32,000 bases of DNA from a cyanobacterium endosymbiont of Epithemia turgida isolate EtSB Lake Yunoko (lineage in GTDB: Bacteria; Cyanobacteriota; Cyanobacteriia; Cyanobacteriales; Microcystaceae), in the NCBI RefSeq assembly GCF_000829235.1, contig NZ_AP012549.1:90001-122000 (forward strand), read 5' to 3'. Position numbers and translations under genes: made by a program. Within the stretch, counting starts at the first letter, position 1. The number at the start of each line of letters is the position of its first letter. Under the pieces are notes generated by a model. That model did not search any database. It was not told the DNA's origin and saw nothing but the letters and a program-made list of their open reading frames with translations. Positions 28,481-32,000 of the stretch are shown one piece after another.

Positions 28481-28488
28481 GCGATCGC
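28481..28488. repeat. HIP1 octamer GCGATCGC
   Basis: Exact GCGATCGC in the non-coding DNA between the asparaginase gene and rsfS. HIP1 is a cyanobacterial hallmark. Confidence 0.9.
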
Positions 28489-28545
28489 CCATGTAACACC
28501 AGCTTAACCCCAATTGTATGACGACTAGGGTAACCATTAACCCCA

Positions 28546-28585
28546 CCCCTAGGTTATTTATTGCACAGTATAAATAACCTAGGGG
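28546..28585. repeat. 16-bp perfect inverted repeat about 220 nt downstream of rsfS
   Basis: cccctaggttatttat (28546-28561) and ataaataacctagggg (28570-28585) around an 8-nt loop. There is no adjacent U-tract. Confidence 0.6.
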
Positions 28586-28806
28586 ATATTTGAGGAGAAA
28601 ACCTAGCTGTAGTGATCGGACTAACTAATATTTATTTAAATAGTCCTACATAAGTAATTTTTCGCTAATAGAATTCTTTTTCTATAGTTGCTAATGGACA
28701 AAAAACACAATTTTTTTAAGTCTTCGTATTCCTTAATTGACTGCCGTTCGGCAGGAATGGGACAGATATTTATGGACAATTCCCTCATAATAATTATAGC
28801 TTCTAA

Positions 28807-29220
28807 CTAGAATAATTCAATACGTTTAGCATGACCCCAGAAAGCTTCTAAATTATAAAATTTTCGTTCTTCAGGCAGAAGAATATGAACGATTACATTT
28901 CCATAATCTTGGAGGATCCAAGTCCCTTGTCGTTTTCCTTCAATGCGTAAAGGGGATTGTCTACAGGTCTGATCAACTTTTTCTTCAATCGCATCGGCAA
29001 TTGCTTTGACTTGAGTAGTAGAAAATCCAGTAGCAATAATGAAGTAGTCACTTAGGTAAGAAATCTCTGTTACTTTCAAAATAACAATATCATCGGCCTT
29101 CCGGTCGTCGGCTGCTTGGACGATCGCCCAGATGAGGGTTTGTTTTTTGGGATCAGTGAAATTATGTGTCACCGTTAAAGTTAAGGTATTTTCTGAGAAA
29201 GATGGTTTGTAATTTATCAT
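28807..29220 (-). CDS. rsfS: Ribosome silencing factor RsfS (Iojap family)
   Basis: 137-aa ORF. DDRKADDIVILKV..SYLSDYFIIATGFSTTQVKAIADAI...W.LQDYGNVIVHIL..E.R.FYNLE.FW is the RsfS/Iojap signature. Confidence 0.9.
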   Translation of the reverse strand: MINYKPSFSENTLTLTVTHNFTDPKKQTLIWAIVQAADDRKADDIVILKVTEISYLSDYFIIATGFSTTQVKAIADAIEEKVDQTCRQSPLRIEGKRQGTWILQDYGNVIVHILLPEERKFYNLEAFWGHAKRIELF

Positions 29221-29674
29221 TAAGGGTTATTTTATCTTAGACCTTCAATTATTCATAATTTAAGCAAAATTAGAGTGTTAATTATTTTTCTTGACTGGAG
29301 TAAACTCTATTTTTGTTTGAGACAATACCTAACAGCGAGTTGAATGGCTCTTAGACGAATATCAATGATAGCCATCCCAATTAAGCTTTTTAAGAAAAAG
29401 TTACAGGTTTGCTGCACGCTTCCATAAAAGTCTCGCCAACCGAACACAATGCATAGTCTTAGATTCTAGCGTATTTTCCTGATTGTATTTTAAGATATTA
29501 GCTAAACAATACGGCACACATTTGAAAACTACCTAAAGTAGGATTACTTGATAGTTATCAACATCTTTTCATCTTTTACTCTAAATTGTTCTTTAGCTAT
29601 GACTATATTTGTTTCTTCCAATGAACAATAGTTTAGATCAAAAACATAATTTAGCCAAATTATACATTAACCTT

Positions 29675-29682
29675 GCGATCGC
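29675..29682. repeat. HIP1 octamer GCGATCGC
   Basis: Exact GCGATCGC within the rsfS-to-peptidase desert. Confidence 0.9.
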
Positions 29683-31647
29683 TGCTTTCAAGGAGCTAAC
29701 TTAATAATAATTAAACAATTTAATCTACATACACTCTTCACTTAAAATTAGATTCTAAACAATGGAGAGTAAGTAATTGTTTTTTAGCCTCAAAATTACC
29801 TTTACTCACATACTTATCTGTCATTATTTGATCATTAAATTTGTTTTACACTCCGTATTACAACTAATTCACTATAATAAATTTTTAAATTTTACTAAAG
29901 AAATTACAGTCATATTTTTTAAGGTCATTGTAGAATTTTACTAAGTTATCAAAACCTACCTTAATTTTAATAATTAAATAATTTATTTTTTATATAAAAA
30001 TCATTCAAAAGCAACCTCTATCTTAACTAATATTTAAATAGTTTTACATGATTTAATCAATAATTTTATTTAGTTTATTTTTTAAAAATTTATTAATAAA
30101 TTTTTGTGAATTTTTGGGGTAATAAAAACTAATTTTTACTACTCTCCTAAAATTTTTTATAAAAATAAATATGATTAATAATCATTTACGCTATCATGGT
30201 ATAAATTTCAGAGTTATAGCAATAAAGTAAAAAATATTTAATCAAGTAGATTAAGTGTAATTATAGCTATATTCGTTGTTAATACAATACTATTTAACTA
30301 GTATATTGTCAATATAATATGATTTTAAATATTAGATTAGCTATGTTCAATTAATACCATTTAACTTGGATTTGTTAAGATTATTTTTTGCCAAGAACTA
30401 TATAGTAATAATCACAGTATTTAAACGGCAAGATAGATGATAATAATTAGAAAATAAAGATTTATTTTACAAAAGTTTTTATTTAATTTTGTTTAGCGTT
30501 CATCTGACTTTGATCTTCTGATATAATTACAAACCTTTTATGTAGTTTATTGGTAGTTCTATCAGCAATATATCAGAGGAGTTTAAAAATTTGTATTTCC
30601 CAATAATAAATTGTTATCATCCATTCTTCAGTCCGGTTGAGTTTGGGAGCTTGAATAACATAAAGAACTTTTTGATTGTCTGATTTTATCTTATAATCTT
30701 CCTAGGGCTTGATAAACGATAACTAACCATATTTCAATTCCTGAGCGGGATAGCAAGTTAATTAATTCGGTTGCTTCTCCGAGATTTTGTATACTCAGAT
30801 GATATTGAATCAGTCATACTCAATCTAGTCCTACTTGATATTTAAGTTGTAATTATCCTTGGTTTAGAACAGTCATAACATTAACAGTTTTTAAAGTAAA
30901 CAATTTCAAACTGAATAATTGTACAACTATAGTCATTAAGCTATGGTATTAAATAGTTATATGTATTATTCAAACTATAGAGAGTTATTGATAACTAGAA
31001 CTTAGATACTCAACGATTAAACTATATTATCTTGAATAAGATTGAACAATTTATCTGATAGTCACTGGAGAATTGTTGACTGAAAAATCATCAACAGAAA
31101 CAAGATAGATATGAGAATGCTGGCGTAACTAACGATTTTTTCTAAGATAAAAAATTTAAAAACAAATACATAATAAATTACATTAAACAATGATCATTAA
31201 AATATGATAAATTAAACGAATCTAATTTTCTAGATATAGAAATATATACAATTGATGTTTTTGACATTTATTTAAAGCTGCTTATCTGTGATAACTGTTA
31301 TCTTTTTCTTGCAATATAAATTTTTCTCAGTTAATTAACGCCATAGTTTTGTTATAAAAATTTAATTTACTCTTAATTTATTAATATTCAGATTAAACTC
31401 AAAAAAATAGAGAATTTTACTTTCATTCCCCAAGTAAAAATAAAACAAATACTCGCTTTAAATTGCCGTTTTAGACAGAAATCTCAAAAAAATCACTTTT
31501 ATACTAACTAATCAACTGTGATAATAATTTAATCATAGATTTTGTTCTCTATTGACCACTCTAAAAAGAAATTTTTATTTACAAGTCTACCCAGACGTTA
31601 GAACTCTCATTAATATAGGTGATAACAGTGATATAGATTCACAATAC

Positions 31648-32000
31648 ATGAAAAAGAGTATTGCATGGTTGGTAGGGAGTTTAAGTGTCTTGGAAATCAT
31701 GACCACCATTGGGGCTTTAGCAAATTCTATAGGCGAAGCGGGAATTAATGCTGAAAGGTTACACAAAGACCCTTACAATCTAACGGGACGTAAAATTGCT
31801 ATTGGTCAAGTGGAAATTGGCCGACCTGGACAATTTGGGTTTGATAAAATTGCTGCCTGGAATCCAAAGATTAATTTAGCAGGAGTCTATTTCCGCAACA
31901 ATTTTGTTAAACCTAACAATAATTTAGATAACCATGCAGCAATGGTGGCAACAATGATGGTGAGTCAAGATAAACGGATACCTGGAGTTGCTCCAAAGGC
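31648..32000 (+). CDS. Subtilisin-like (S8-family-like) peptidase, N-terminal fragment; runs off the right edge
   Basis: The frame is open from ATG 31648 to the window end. Translation is MKKSIAWLVGSLSVLEIMTTIGALANSIGEAGINAERLHKDPYNLTGRKIAIGQVEIGRPG...DNHAAMVATMMVSQDKRIPGVAPKA. It has a signal-like N-terminus and aligns by eye with the subtilisin Asp-box (TGxxVxVAVIDSG) and His-box (HGTHVAG...GVAP.A) regions. It is not in the ORF track because no stop codon is reached. Confidence 0.55.
   Translation, partial: MKKSIAWLVGSLSVLEIMTTIGALANSIGEAGINAERLHKDPYNLTGRKIAIGQVEIGRPGQFGFDKIAAWNPKINLAGVYFRNNFVKPNNNLDNHAAMVATMMVSQDKRIPGVAPK

Noticed and set aside
30694-30813. Minus-strand frame ..LGEATELINLLSRSGIEIWLVIVYQ.. 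resembling the alpha1-beta3 segment of a response-regulator receiver domain
   Set aside because: The match is weak and rests on memory. The key Asp residues are not identifiable and the frame is only 40 codons. It is not supportable as a pseudogene call.

Overview
This is a cyanobacterial chromosome segment. The evidence is HIP1 octamers, ycf65/PSRP-3, dapL, and a cyanobacterial-type rrn operon with boxA motifs and a tRNA-Ile spacer. It shows strong signs of reductive genome evolution. By my coordinates only about 52% of the 32 kb is recognisable gene sequence. That fraction comprises 13 apparently intact protein genes: gnd, dapL, a TPR protein, pgm, pth, ycf65, atpC, atpD, ppx, a ubiA-type prenyltransferase, an asparaginase-II-family protein, rsfS, and the 5' part of an S8-like peptidase. 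It also holds one complete rrn operon (16S, tRNA-Ile, 23S, 5S, minus strand), an initiator-type tRNA-Met, and one clear pseudogene (cobU/cobP with a stop codon inside its P-loop). The remainder is nine non-coding blocks. Six of them are 1.3-2.8 kb long, extremely AT-rich, and contain no ORF of 60 aa or more in any frame of the supplied track. I read these as eroded former genes, because they contain short stop-riddled protein-like frames, relic HIP1 sites and strand-composition 'fossils'. Retained genes often keep long, perfect 3' hairpins. I found no CRISPR array, transposase, phage, defence or biosynthetic cluster, and I cannot honestly point to a new functional system. The signals most worth a second look are the gene deserts, the fresh cobU pseudogene, conserved palindromes inside decayed DNA, a possible small ORF downstream of rsfS, and a few odd substitutions in conserved motifs. 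My guess, which I could not check, is an obligate-symbiont lineage related to unicellular diazotrophic cyanobacteria (diatom spheroid body or UCYN-A-like).
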